From Nitrospirota bacterium (GTDB lineage Bacteria > Nitrospirota > UBA9217): a DNA stretch of 64,000 nucleotides. The first letter of the stretch is position 1, and every line of letters begins with the position of its first letter. Under the pieces are notes generated by a model, which searched no databases, was not told where the DNA came from, and saw only the letters and a list, made by a program, of their open reading frames with translations. The position numbers and the translations under genes are program-made. The DNA is taken from the NCBI GenBank assembly GCA_963755045.1, contig CAVWIL010000010.1, positions 30,059 to 94,058 of the forward strand, read 5' to 3'. This document shows, one piece after another, positions 63,423-64,000 of this stretch.

Positions 63423-64000
63423 TTATTTCACGTCTTCCGCGGACCAGAATACGTACGGGTTCGACCTGGGGGCTTTCACCATCTGCGCCACGGGCGGCAG
63501 ACCGGTTGATTCAAGCATGGATCTCATGCCAAGACGATCGACAAGTTCGCCGATACGCTCGCGGTTCTTTCCGTGCTCATCCCACCACTCCCACAGCTTG
63601 CGGATGAGGTCTTCCAGGTTATCATAGGGTTTTTCGAGCTTCATGAAGGGGACGATGACCCAGCTCATGAGAGCGCCGGTCACGATCGGGGCCTTGCCGC
63701 CGAGCATGATGGTCGCGCCTTTTTCCTTGCCGGGACGCAGCGCCTTCGGCATGCGGTTGATGCAGCTCATGCAGCGGTTGCAATCCTTGCCCTCTATCTT
63801 GAGCGCCGAGCCGTCAAAGCTCATGCACTTGGTCGGACACGCATCAATGACCTCTTTCTGGATGTTCATTTCCGAGGCATACTTCTTCACCTCTGCCGCA
63901 TCGATCCGGATGGAGTCTCTCCAGGTGCCGATGATGGACATGTCGGCGCGGGCGATCGCGGCGACGCAGTCGTTGGCGCAGCCGGCAACCTTGATCTTGA
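63423..64000 (-). CDS. dsrA: Dissimilatory sulfite reductase alpha subunit (partial, 5' part outside window)
   Basis: KIKVAGCANDCVAAIARADMS.IGTWRD, CPTKCM, CNRCMSCINRMP and RERIGE. Confidence 0.97.
   Translation of the reverse strand, partial: KIKVAGCANDCVAAIARADMSIIGTWRDSIRIDAAEVKKYASEMNIQKEVIDACPTKCMSFDGSALKIEGKDCNRCMSCINRMPKALRPGKEKGATIMLGGKAPIVTGALMSWVIVPFMKLEKPYDNLEDLIRKLWEWWDEHGKNRERIGELVDRLGMRSMLESTGLPPVAQMVKAPRSNPYVFWSAEDVK

Overview
This is a GC-rich, gene-dense core-genome window from an anaerobic dissimilatory sulfur-compound reducer. Nitrospirota (Thermodesulfovibrionia-like) is my inference from the contiguous dsrABD-N-C-T-MKJOP layout; no taxonomy search was run. Almost all genes are on the minus strand. 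In coordinate order it holds: (1) the type IV pilus pilMNOPQ operon with a small HTH regulator; (2) an anaerobic Ni-CODH (cooS) directly downstream of a HydABC/NuoEFG-type flavin/FeS module that has electron-bifurcation signatures, no catalytic site of its own and an extra FeS subunit; (3) glgC, pepA, rlpA, apt, a two-subunit fumarase, mdh, a CorC-type transporter and a PilB/GspE ATPase; (4) proS, ispG, rseP, dxr, cdsA and uppS; (5) a GH57 glucanotransferase, an ABC-2 exporter, a PAS-GGDEF protein, a cysteine desulfurase, cysK, recN, an NtrC-type regulator, coaD, rsmD, nfeD-SPFH and msrA; (6) a large dsr cluster: dsrA(partial)-B-D-N-[CxxC protein]-C-fdx-H-E-F-T-M-K-J-O-P-fdx. Many genes, including essential ones (proS, dxr, ispG, uppS, dsrB, dsrK), are broken by single-base indels. 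I read these as long-read assembly errors and give merged, approximate gene coordinates. I saw no rRNA, tRNA, CRISPR array or intact transposase. Three signals stand out: about 20 palindromic elements built from 7-nt or 9-nt tandem repeats at gene junctions, one still carrying a GxxExxY nuclease-family remnant between 19-bp perfect inverted repeats; a candidate electron-bifurcating CO dehydrogenase; and a divergent DsrH-E-F trio inside a reductive (dsrD-containing) dsr cluster bracketed by twin ferredoxins.
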